Part shown: in pieces, positions 38,266 to 47,033 of the stretch
Layout: every line of letters begins with the position of its first letter
Position numbering within the stretch: position 1 is the first letter of the stretch
NCBI GenBank assembly: GCA_012518115.1
Contig: JAAYTD010000004.1
Location: 2,881-66,880 of the forward strand
Direction of reading: 5' to 3'
DNA length: 64,000 bases
Source: Ignavibacteria bacterium
Lineage (GTDB): Bacteria > Bacteroidota > Ignavibacteria > Kapaibacteriales > UBA2268
Program-made: the position numbers and the translations under genes
Notes under the pieces: model-generated
What the model saw: only the letters and a program-made list of their open reading frames with translations
What the model was told of the DNA's origin: nothing
The model's database searches: none

Positions 38266-38616
38266 TTGTCTGAACTGTGATTTATATGATTATCATGATT
38301 TTTCAAAATAGCAATGAATTGTAGAGGCAATCCTTTGTGATTGCTATTATTTAAAATTCCCCTTCGGGAATTGTCGGGGCGTATTACATACGCCCTGCGC
38401 GCTAGCTTGACGGGGTAGTTATTTGGAGACGGAAGACGGAAACAATGAACAATGGATAATGATTTTTTAACTGCAAAGAACACAAAGATTTACGCGAAAG
38501 ACGCAAAGAAGACGGAAGCTAGAGGAGAATTTTCCACTCTTCGCTGGGAGCAAATTCCCCTTCGGGAATTGTCGGGGCGTATTGCATACGCCCTGCGCTA
38601 GCTTGACGGGGTAGTC
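38266..38616. repeat. composite repeat locus 5: tgattt-module, hairpin, and two direct copies of a ~65-bp module
   Basis: 38266-38308 is ttgtctgaactgtgatttatatgattatcatgatttttcaaaa. 38355-38419 and 38553-38616 both read aattccccttcgggaattgtcggggcgtatt(a/g)catacgccctgcg(cg)ctagcttgacggggtagt. The 133-bp spacer between them contains gacggaag three times and acgc(g/a)aaga repeats. Confidence 0.9.
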
Positions 38617-38691
38617 AATTAACAAACTCGTTGTATTTTCGTATATTTAAATTCGTGTATTTTTTAGAATCAAAAAACAAATTATAAAACA

Positions 38692-40212
38692 ATGAAAAAG
38701 TGCTTATTAATTATACTTGATGGTTGGGGATTAGGCGATCGTAGTGAAAGTGATCTTATTTATAATGGAGAGACACATTATTTCAAACATTTACTTAAGA
38801 CTTATCCTAATTCTCAATTGGAAGCTTGTGGTGAAGATGTAGGTTTGCCTGAGGGGCAAATGGGAAATTCTGAAGTTGGACATTTGAACATCGGAGCAGG
38901 TCGCATAGTTTATCAAGATTTAGTAAAAATAAATATTGCGATACGGAATAATAGTATTTCGTCGCATCCTGTAATCCTTGACGCAATAAATAAGGCGAAA
39001 GCAAGTGGTAAGGCTTTGCATTTACTTGGGCTTGTTTCTGACGGTGGCGTCCATTCTCTTGATAAACATATATATAAACTTTGTGATATAGCAAAAGAAA
39101 ACGGATTAGAGAAAGTTTATATTCACGCTCTTATGGACGGACGCGATACTGATCCTAAAAGCGGCGTAACTTACATTAAGAATTTGCAGAATCATTTGAA
39201 AAAATCTGTAGGAAAAATAGCAACTATTTGTGGACGTTATTTTACTATGGATAGAGATAAACGTTGGGATCGTGTAAAACGCGGTTATGATTTGATGACA
39301 AAAGGGATAGGAATTCAAGAGCAAGATCCTGTTATAGCTATTGAAAATTCGTATAAAAACGATATTACTGATGAATTTATAGAACCTACTGTTATAGTAG
39401 ATGAAAAGAAATCACCTATTGGCTTGATAAACGAAGGAGATAGCGTGCTTTGTTTCAATTTTAGAACGGATAGATTAAGAGAGATAACTACTGTTTTGAC
39501 ACAAGAGGATATGCCTGAATTTGATATGAAAACATTAGACTTGAATTATTATACAATGACTATTTATGATGAGACATTCAAAGGGGTTAATGTTATTTAT
39601 GAAAAGGATAATGTAACGGAAACTTTAGGTGAGGTTATTTCTAAAAACGGATTGAAGCAATTACGTATAGCCGAAACGGAAAAATATGCACATGTTACTT
39701 TCTTTTTCTCGGGTGGTCGTGAAGAAAAATTTCCGGGCGAAGAGCGAATATTAATTGACTCACCGAAAGTAGCCACTTATGATTTACAGCCTGAAATGAG
39801 CGCGCATTTAATTACAGAAGCGCTAGTTGATGAACTTAAAAAGCAGAAGTTTGATTTTATTTGTCTAAATTTTGCAAATGGTGATATGATTGGGCATACA
39901 GGTGTTAAGTCTGCTATTTTACAAGCAGTAAAAGTAGTTGATAACTGTGTAGAAGAAGTTGTTAAAACAGCTATAGAGAATGATTATGTTTGTTTGCTTA
40001 TCGCAGATCATGGAAATTCAGATTATGCTATAAATGAAGATGGGTCGCCAAATACGGCACATTCTTTAAATCCTGTTCCTTGTATTTTAATTAATTCAGA
40101 TTATAAAGAAGTAAAAGACGGTCGCTTGAGCGATGTAGCACCAACAGTTCTAACTATTATGGGACTTGAAATTCCTAAAGCTATGACAGGTGAAGTGTTA
40201 CTAAAAAAATAA
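38692..40212 (+). CDS. gpmI: 2,3-bisphosphoglycerate-independent phosphoglycerate mutase
   Basis: 506 aa. ILDGWG, GNSEVGHLNIGAGR, DGRDT and ADHGN motifs. Confidence 0.95.
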   Translation: MKKCLLIILDGWGLGDRSESDLIYNGETHYFKHLLKTYPNSQLEACGEDVGLPEGQMGNSEVGHLNIGAGRIVYQDLVKINIAIRNNSISSHPVILDAINKAKASGKALHLLGLVSDGGVHSLDKHIYKLCDIAKENGLEKVYIHALMDGRDTDPKSGVTYIKNLQNHLKKSVGKIATICGRYFTMDRDKRWDRVKRGYDLMTKGIGIQEQDPVIAIENSYKNDITDEFIEPTVIVDEKKSPIGLINEGDSVLCFNFRTDRLREITTVLTQEDMPEFDMKTLDLNYYTMTIYDETFKGVNVIYEKDNVTETLGEVISKNGLKQLRIAETEKYAHVTFFFSGGREEKFPGEERILIDSPKVATYDLQPEMSAHLITEALVDELKKQKFDFICLNFANGDMIGHTGVKSAILQAVKVVDNCVEEVVKTAIENDYVCLLIADHGNSDYAINEDGSPNTAHSLNPVPCILINSDYKEVKDGRLSDVAPTVLTIMGLEIPKAMTGEVLLKK

Positions 40213-40227
40213 AACGTTTCATATTAA

Positions 40228-41448
40228 ATGAATTTAGAATCTCTCAACTTAATTTCTTCCGGACTTGTACGCGGTAGCGCAAGTAAATTTTTAAGTTTTG
40301 CTCAAAAAGTTGCTTTTTTTAGTATTTTTGTCGGTTCTTTAGCGCTAGTTCTTTCTTTGTCTATTTTGAATGGATTTGATGATAAACTACGCGAAACAGC
40401 AAAGAAATTTACTTCCGATTTAGCTATCTATACAATTAATAATGAGCCTATAAACAATATCGAAGAATATAGCGCGCAAATATTGAAAATGCCGAATGTA
40501 TGTGGTGTTTCGCCGGTTGTTTCTGCTGACGGATTAATTTCTACAAAAACATTTACTGAAGGAGTGGCAATACAAAGTATAGATACAGACGTTAGCTATC
40601 GTAATTTTGATAAAAATATTGTTGCGGGCGACTTCAGTTTTTCTTCTGATATTGCTAAAGAAATTATCATAGGTGAGGAGCTCGCTACTAAACTTAGCGT
40701 AAGTGTTGGCGACAAAGTATTGATTTATGCTTTGAAATCTAATGAAAATATCTCTTTCTCGTCAGCAAGCTATGCACCATTTGAAATTAAAGCGATTTAT
40801 AGAACAGGTATGTTGCAATATGATGGAACAGTTGTATTTGCACCATTTAATTCGCTTGCTCATTTTTTAGAATTACCACAAGGAACTGCAACTTATTTTG
40901 AAGTTTACACAAAAGAGGCTGCACAAGTAGATGAACTAGCTACACTAATAGAAGACAAATTAGGCTATCCTTTTTTTCCGCTGACTTACTACGAAATGAA
41001 TCAGTCAATTTTTGCGTGGATAGAACTGCAAAAAGAACCTATTCCTCTTATATTAGGAATAATTAGTATTGTTGCTATTTTGAATATCGTAACTACCTTA
41101 ATTATTGCTGTCGTAGAGAAAACACATTCAATAGGAATTTTGCAAACAATAGGTTTAGAAAGGAAAAAGTTAGTAGCTATATTCGTTTTTCAAGGCGTTA
41201 AAAGTGCTTCTGTGGCTTCCCTATCGGGAACGGTCTTCGCTGTTATTTTAACTTATCTGCAAAATACTTTTAAAATAATTAGATTAGATAGTAGTGTTTA
41301 TTTTTTAGATGTCTTACCTATTAAGTTAGAACTTCACTATTGTTTAATAGTTATTGGAATTACTTTATTTTTTGCTTTTCTTGCATCATTTATTCCGGCG
41401 CTTATAGCTACGCGTGTTTCACCTATTAGAGCTATTAAATTCAGCTAA
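40228..41448 (+). CDS. ABC transporter permease, FtsX/LolC-LolE family
   Basis: 406 aa. TM1, a large periplasmic (MacB-like) domain, then three C-terminal TM helices. The length is typical of LolC/E. Confidence 0.78.
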   Translation: MNLESLNLISSGLVRGSASKFLSFAQKVAFFSIFVGSLALVLSLSILNGFDDKLRETAKKFTSDLAIYTINNEPINNIEEYSAQILKMPNVCGVSPVVSADGLISTKTFTEGVAIQSIDTDVSYRNFDKNIVAGDFSFSSDIAKEIIIGEELATKLSVSVGDKVLIYALKSNENISFSSASYAPFEIKAIYRTGMLQYDGTVVFAPFNSLAHFLELPQGTATYFEVYTKEAAQVDELATLIEDKLGYPFFPLTYYEMNQSIFAWIELQKEPIPLILGIISIVAILNIVTTLIIAVVEKTHSIGILQTIGLERKKLVAIFVFQGVKSASVASLSGTVFAVILTYLQNTFKIIRLDSSVYFLDVLPIKLELHYCLIVIGITLFFAFLASFIPALIATRVSPIRAIKFS

Positions 41449-41537
41449 TTTTTGGCAAAATCCACTCTTTTGCTTTTTTGGCACATTAATTGATAGTTTA
41501 GAATTATTGTTTTATTAAATTAAGTGTGTTAAAAAAA

Positions 41538-41993
41538 ATGAAAATCTTATCTGATAACAAAATTGGAAATCTTGCATTAATATTAGGTCTATCACTTTGT
41601 GTAGTTTTAATGCTTTCATCATTTATTACTAGAATCATTACTCCGCCTGTTGAAACGGAATTAGATCTTGATACTCAACCTACAAATGAAATTGAGCAAG
41701 TAATTCAAGTAAATGTTTTGAATGCTTGCGGAAAAGCTGGCTTAGCTAGAAATATACAAAATTTCTTAATGGAACGTGGCTATGACGTTGTTTCTATAGG
41801 AAATTACGATCAAGAACTTGATAACTCTATTGTTATTGACAGATTAGGTGATATGAGCTCTGCAAATAAAGTTGCTTATGCTTTAGGAGTTGATGAGACA
41901 TCTATAACTTCTGGTATTGATTCTACTATGTTTGTTCGTGCAACGGTTATAGTTGGTAAGGACTACTTACAATTGAAACCATTTAATTATTAA
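41538..41993 (+). CDS. LytR_C (LytR/CpsA/Psr C-terminal) domain protein
   Basis: N-terminal TM, then VNVLNACGKAGLARNIQNFLMERGYDVVSIGNY...SIVIDR, typical of the LytR_C domain. The ATG at 41538 is preferred over the GTG at 41526. Confidence 0.62.
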   Translation: MKILSDNKIGNLALILGLSLCVVLMLSSFITRIITPPVETELDLDTQPTNEIEQVIQVNVLNACGKAGLARNIQNFLMERGYDVVSIGNYDQELDNSIVIDRLGDMSSANKVAYALGVDETSITSGIDSTMFVRATVIVGKDYLQLKPFNY

Positions 41994-42052
41994 AAGATAA
42001 ACTCTTCCTCTTTGTAGATAAATTCTTTTTCCCCCAGAATTTAGATACGCTG

Positions 42053-42088
42053 GGTGTCAGTCTTTCTAAGATTGACACCTTTTTTTTA
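42053..42088 (+). terminator. rho-independent terminator
   Basis: Stem ggtgtca / tgacacc (42053-42059 / 42073-42079), extendable by 2 bp, followed by tttttttt. Confidence 0.8.
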
Positions 42089-42706
42089 TTTTTATGATAC
42101 AACAAAATCAAAACGAAAGGAAAAACTTATATTGTAAAAGTCTTTGTTTTTGTTATTTTTTAAACTTTTTTTGCACTTTTAAATATTTTTCTTGCTTTTT
42201 ACAAAAAAAAACATTATATTACAATTATCATTAGATTTAATTTGTTTTTTATTTGAGATAAATAAGATAAGATAAAAAAAATGAAATTTTTAGACAAAAT
42301 ACGAAAAAATATCTGTTGTGCTTCTAATCAGCCTCTACAGGAAAACGAATTATTTAATAAAACAGTTCGGCTTTCTATTTTTGTCGTTTTAACTCAAATA
42401 AAAAAATCTAGCTACAAATATCATATCAAAAATAAAATTGTTTCATACAATCACCTAACTAATTTTTACTTCCAAAAAATTAAATCTGCTCGAACTGGCT
42501 TCGTATAAATAATGCCGACTTTTTTAGTTGGAGCCGGCTGAAATTAAAAATGGAAAACAAAAAAAGAAAGAAAACTATGTTGTTATCTTTTTTGTTCTTG
42601 AATAGTTTTCTGCTTTGAGTAGTTTTGCAGCTAACATAAATACATACCAAAAAAAGAATGAAAAAATATAAGGTTTTTTATTAATAAATTAAAATGGAAC
42701 AAAACA

Positions 42707-43705
42707 ATGAGAAAAATTACTTTATTATTTACACTTTTCTGTATCTCAATTATTAATTTACAAGCAGAATGGAAAGATTTTGAACCATTAAATCCTTTTG
42801 CAGGAATTGATATTAGTTTAATTTTTTTCAACAAATTTTATAATGTTACTGATCATGAAATAACACATATATCAACTTCTCCGGCTTTCACAAAAGCTCC
42901 AGCTAATGATAAATTCAAAATAGAAGATTATGAATTTATATTTGAAGGCGATAGTATAGGAAATGCAAGTATTTTTAGCGTTGGATTTCATTCTAAAAGC
43001 GCAGGTCATTATATCATTAATAAATTTTGGGTAGATCATAATAACAAGTATGCCATTTTGGATAATATAGTAATGGATTCAGCTTTTTACTCAGGATATA
43101 CAGCTCTGTTTGAACCTAAAATAGAATTCCGTAATAATAGAACACTTACATTAACCCACGAAGATTATAAAAAGTACATTATGATTTTTAATGAGCATTG
43201 CCCATTAGCAACAACTATAAAAGAAATGAAAAACTTTGAAAAAAGTAATTTTGTTATAGGAATAGGACGACCTGTAAAATGTGAAATGTTTGGAACAGGC
43301 GGTTATTTCAGCGATTTCAAATGGCAACATATATTTTATGCAGCAATATTTATAGACGGTAAAATGAATTTTTGCTGGTCTTATTTAGATGCTCCTGAAG
43401 TTTTTTATTGTTATAACGAAATAAACAGCATTGCAGAAGCTCCTGTGTCTGCAACTTCACTTTGCCCAAATCCAGCAAATTCAGTTTGTACGATAAGCGG
43501 CTTTTTAGAAACGTTAGTTAATAATTTAAGTATTTCAATTTATGATATTGCGGGAAATAAATTATTTGACATTTATAACGACAAAAATTTAGAAGGTGAA
43601 TTTTCTGTTTCATTTAACACTAAACAGTTAGTTAGTGGAAGTTATAATGTTATTATCAACGCTGACGGAGCAAAAAAAGTAGAAAAACTAATAATTGAGC
43701 GATAG
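42707..43705 (+). CDS. hypothetical T9SS-secreted protein (type A C-terminal sorting domain)
   Basis: 332 aa. Signal peptide FTLFCISIINLQA. C-terminal LCPNPANSVCTISG...ISIYDIAGNKLF...SGSYNVIINADGAKKVEKLIIER is a Por_Secre_tail pattern. Confidence 0.65.
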   Translation: MRKITLLFTLFCISIINLQAEWKDFEPLNPFAGIDISLIFFNKFYNVTDHEITHISTSPAFTKAPANDKFKIEDYEFIFEGDSIGNASIFSVGFHSKSAGHYIINKFWVDHNNKYAILDNIVMDSAFYSGYTALFEPKIEFRNNRTLTLTHEDYKKYIMIFNEHCPLATTIKEMKNFEKSNFVIGIGRPVKCEMFGTGGYFSDFKWQHIFYAAIFIDGKMNFCWSYLDAPEVFYCYNEINSIAEAPVSATSLCPNPANSVCTISGFLETLVNNLSISIYDIAGNKLFDIYNDKNLEGEFSVSFNTKQLVSGSYNVIINADGAKKVEKLIIER

Positions 43706-43734
43706 CAAAAAAGTATAGAAACAAAGACAAAAGG

Positions 43735-43766
43735 CACGTTAATTGAAATAACGTGTCTTTTTTTTA
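43735..43766 (+). terminator. rho-independent terminator
   Basis: Stem cacgtta / taacgtg with loop attgaaa, followed by tcttttttttt. Confidence 0.7.
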
Positions 43767-43844
43767 TTTAGATTGTGTTTTAAAAATTCTAAAAAAAATA
43801 TTATATTTGTAAACTAAAATTTACGTGATACGTATAAATTACCT

Positions 43845-44231
43845 ATGTCTTATTTCAAGAAAACGTTAAATATATTACTTATCATCACTTTTCTTTTGTA
43901 TTATGCTGTGATGTCGCTTTTTACTCACTCGCATCTTGTCGATGGCGGGAGTATAGCACATGCACATTTTACTTTTGATATATTTACGTTTTTTTCTTCG
44001 GACAAAGATAGTACTAGCGATAATGTTTCTCATACTCATACTAATTCAAGTTTGATGCAAATAGCATATATGGAATTAGTAGCTATTCTATTTATTTTAT
44101 TTGGCGTTACGTTTGGTATATTTCTTTTAAGGAAGTTATCATATAGATTTACGTATATCTCACGTTTCCCTTCATCTTATATATTTTCCAAATTTTTAGG
44201 ACGAGCTCCTCCAAATTTAGTTTTACTATAA
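43845..44231 (+). CDS. small His-rich two-TM membrane protein (possible metal-related partner of the downstream TonB receptor)
   Basis: 128 aa. TM1 ILLIITFLLYYAVMSLF, His cluster THSHLVDGGSIAHAHF ... SHTHTN, TM2 LVAILFILFGVTFGIFLL, and C-terminal GRAPP. It lies 61 nt upstream of the receptor ORF. Confidence 0.55.
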   Translation: MSYFKKTLNILLIITFLLYYAVMSLFTHSHLVDGGSIAHAHFTFDIFTFFSSDKDSTSDNVSHTHTNSSLMQIAYMELVAILFILFGVTFGIFLLRKLSYRFTYISRFPSSYIFSKFLGRAPPNLVLL

Positions 44232-44346
44232 ATCACTTTCTTTGTCAAGTCTTATTGATATTGACAACTTACATCTGTTTAATTTATTGTAATTGAGCAG
44301 AATACATATATCTTTTTTTAAAATTTTTAATTTAATGGTAAAACTT

Positions 44347-46656
44347 ATGAAACACGTAAGATTTTCGCTTTGCTTTATCAGCATAGCATATATATTATTT
44401 TTTGCATTTTCTACAAGTGCATTTTCAAAGCATGGTAAGACCGATGCTAATATAACAGGTCATATATTAAATAAAGAAACAAAAGCACATATTCCGTATG
44501 TAACAATTCGTTTGAAGGGAACGACAATAGGAGCGGTAGCAGACGCAACGGGACATTTTTTCATTAAACATGTTCCTGTAGGTAAATATACGATAGTTGC
44601 TTCTTATTTAGGGTTTGCTACCGAAGAGCAAGAAATAGAAGTAGAAGCTAACAAGATGATAGAAGTTAATTTTGAATTAGAAGAACAAGCTTTAGCAATT
44701 GATGAAATCGTTGTTACTTCTTCACGCAATGAAACAACGCGTCGTGAAGCTTCTTCAATAGTCAATGTAGTAACGCCTGCATTATTTGAAAATACTGCTT
44801 CTTATACAGTAGCTGATGTGTTAAAATTTCAACCCGGTTTGCGAGTAGAATATACTTGTCAAAATTGCGGTACTTCTCAAATCCGCATTAATGGTTTGGG
44901 CGGTGAGTATTCGCAGATGTTAATGGACGGTCGTCCAATAGTTAGTGCTTTGGCTTCCGTTTATGGGCTTGAACAACTTCCAAGCGATATGGTAGAGAAA
45001 ATAGAAGTTGTTCGCGGTGGCGGTTCGGCACTTTATGGTTCTAATGCAATAGCTGGCGTGGTAAACATCATAACTAAAGATCCAGAACGTAATAGTTTTG
45101 CAGCTTCGCATACTTCTGAATTTTACGGAAAAAAGAGTTTGCAGAATACTAGCTTAAACGCTTCAATGGTTACAGATGACGGTTCTGCTGGTATGTATCT
45201 TTATGGAGTGGCACAAGGTAGAGATGATTATGATCGCGACGATGACGGCTATTCGGAGCTCCCTCGCTTGAAATCTGAAACTATGGGCTTGCGAGGTTTC
45301 TATAACTTTAATAGTCAAAGTAAGATGGTTTTGGAATATCATCATATTAACGAATTTCGTAGAGGTGGTGATTCACTTAGACGACCTCCACATGAAGTAA
45401 ATATAGCGGAACAACTTCGCCATAATATAAACGGTGGTAGCGCTAAATTTGATTGGTATTCGCAAGATTATTCACATAGAGTTTCTGTTTATTCATCTTT
45501 ACAAGATATTATTCGTGATAGCTATTACGGTGCGGGCAAAGATCCTAATGCTTATGGCATTACAGAAAATACTACTCTAAGTATGGGCGGGCTTTATGGT
45601 TACGTTTTTGACAAGTGTTTATTTATGCCTGCGGATTTTACTTTCGGTTTTGAATATAATCAAGATGCTATACACGATACGATGTTAGGATATAATCATA
45701 TATTAGATCAAGAAACAAGTAACTATGGAATTTATTTTCAAAACGAATGGGAAAACAAACATCTAACTTTCTTGCTTGGCGGACGTCTAGATAAACATAA
45801 TAAAATGAACAATGTGGTTTTCAGTCCTCGCATTAATGTTCGTTATTCACCTATAGATGAAATAGGGTTGCGCGCTAGTTATTCCAGTGGTTATCGAGCT
45901 CCTCAAGCATTTATTGAAGATTTACATGTAGGTGCAGTTGGTGGTGAAATAGCTATGGTTCGTATGTCGCCTGATTTGAAGCCTGAGTATTCGCATAGCA
46001 TTAGCGGTTCATTTGATTTTTATAAAGCTTTCGGTAAGTTTCATTCAAATATCATTGTTGAAGGATTTTATACTAATTTAACTGATGTTTTCAAATTAGT
46101 AGATCAAGGAAAAGACGATGCAGGAAATTTAATTTTGGAACGTCAGAACGTCAGCGGCGCTTCAGTTAAAGGTTTGAATGTAGAAATGAAATTAGCTTAT
46201 ACTTCAGCTTATATGTTAGAAGGCGGTTTCACATATCAAAGCAGTCATTATAATGAAGCTACTGCATGGTCAGATGATGAAAGTTTGCCACTAAATACGC
46301 AGATGTTACGAACTCCTAACAGCTACGGATACTTAGTTTTTACATTAGCACCTATTTCGCCGCTTAAAATTTCTATAACAGGAAATTATACTGGTACTAT
46401 GCTTGTGCCACATTATGCAGGATACATAGAGAAAGATAGCGAAACTTGGACAGATTCATTTTTTGATTTAGGCGGAAAAGTTGCTTATGATTTTTCTATA
46501 AACGAACAATTGAAACTTCAAGTAAATGCAGGTGTTAAAAACATTTTAGATTCTTTCCAAAAAGATCTTGATCAAGGTCCAAACAGAGATGCAGGTTATA
46601 TTTATGGACCGATTATACCAAGAACATTTTTATGCGGAATAAAAGTGTTTATGTAG
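44347..46656 (+). CDS. TonB-dependent receptor with CarboxypepD_reg domain and CxxC-containing plug
   Basis: The start is taken at MKHVRFSLCF... (good signal peptide). ITGHILNKETKAHIPYVTIRLKG..., plug YTCQNCGTSQIRINGLGGEYSQMLMDGRPI ... VEVVRGGGSALYGSNAIAGVVNIITK, and a C-terminal barrel ending ...LCGIKVFM. Confidence 0.9.
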   Translation: MKHVRFSLCFISIAYILFFAFSTSAFSKHGKTDANITGHILNKETKAHIPYVTIRLKGTTIGAVADATGHFFIKHVPVGKYTIVASYLGFATEEQEIEVEANKMIEVNFELEEQALAIDEIVVTSSRNETTRREASSIVNVVTPALFENTASYTVADVLKFQPGLRVEYTCQNCGTSQIRINGLGGEYSQMLMDGRPIVSALASVYGLEQLPSDMVEKIEVVRGGGSALYGSNAIAGVVNIITKDPERNSFAASHTSEFYGKKSLQNTSLNASMVTDDGSAGMYLYGVAQGRDDYDRDDDGYSELPRLKSETMGLRGFYNFNSQSKMVLEYHHINEFRRGGDSLRRPPHEVNIAEQLRHNINGGSAKFDWYSQDYSHRVSVYSSLQDIIRDSYYGAGKDPNAYGITENTTLSMGGLYGYVFDKCLFMPADFTFGFEYNQDAIHDTMLGYNHILDQETSNYGIYFQNEWENKHLTFLLGGRLDKHNKMNNVVFSPRINVRYSPIDEIGLRASYSSGYRAPQAFIEDLHVGAVGGEIAMVRMSPDLKPEYSHSISGSFDFYKAFGKFHSNIIVEGFYTNLTDVFKLVDQGKDDAGNLILERQNVSGASVKGLNVEMKLAYTSAYMLEGGFTYQSSHYNEATAWSDDESLPLNTQMLRTPNSYGYLVFTLAPISPLKISITGNYTGTMLVPHYAGYIEKDSETWTDSFFDLGGKVAYDFSINEQLKLQVNAGVKNILDSFQKDLDQGPNRDAGYIYGPIIPRTFLCGIKVFM

Positions 46657-46680
46657 AGAACAAGTGATATAAAAGTAAAA

Positions 46681-46717
46681 AACACGACATTGTCTTTTGT
46701 ATAATGTCGTGTTTTTT
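46681..46717 (+). terminator. rho-independent terminator after TonB receptor
   Basis: 11-bp stem aacacgacatt / aatgtcgtgtt followed by a T-run. Confidence 0.8.
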
Positions 46718-47010
46718 GTCTGAACTATGATTTGTAGAATTTTTGTGATTTATATGATTATCGTGATTTTTCAAATTCCTCTCCGGTAGCTGTCGGGGCG
46801 TATTGCATACGCCCTGCGAAGTTTGACGGGGTAGTTTTTGTCTGAACTGTGATTTATATGATTTTTAAAATTAAACTTGCCTAAAGGTCGGGCTGCAAAT
46901 TCCCCTTCGGGACGAAGGGGTGGCAAGCGCTAGCTTGACGGGGTAGTCTATAAAAAAATGTCACCCCTACGGGATTTAATAGGATAACCACACTTCCCCG
47001 CTAGTGCGGA
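46716..47010. repeat. composite repeat locus 6 (five juxtaposed modules)
   Basis: 46716-46775 is the long form of the tgattt-module. 46776-46835 is ...tgtcggggcgtattgcatacgccctgcgaagtttgacggggtagt. 46838-46866 is the short tgattt-module. 46874-46948 is the core (reverse complement of 15271-15345, 73/75). 46989-47010 is ccacacttccccgctagtgcgg, shared with loci 7 and 8. Confidence 0.9.
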
Positions 47011-47033
47011 TACTTCTTGAATTTTAAAAATCT

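Noticed and set aside
38238-38483. 81-aa minus-strand ORF (..HDNHINHSSDKK..)
   Set aside because: It is read entirely from repeat modules (the tgattt module and hairpin modules) and overlaps the end of the 37563-38261 gene. It has no start context. It is most likely an artefact of translating repeats.
38355-38616. Possible CRISPR array, suggested by direct repeats with a spacer
   Set aside because: There are only two copies of a ~65-bp unit, separated by 133 bp. The other copies are scattered over 48 kb in both orientations with mosaic module order. There is no regular repeat-spacer periodicity and no cas genes.
42281-42508. 75-aa ORF in the long intergenic gap
   Set aside because: It has no SD-like site, an Asn/Lys/Ile-rich composition and no motif. 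It is kept only as a remark inside the finding on the 41994-42706 gap.
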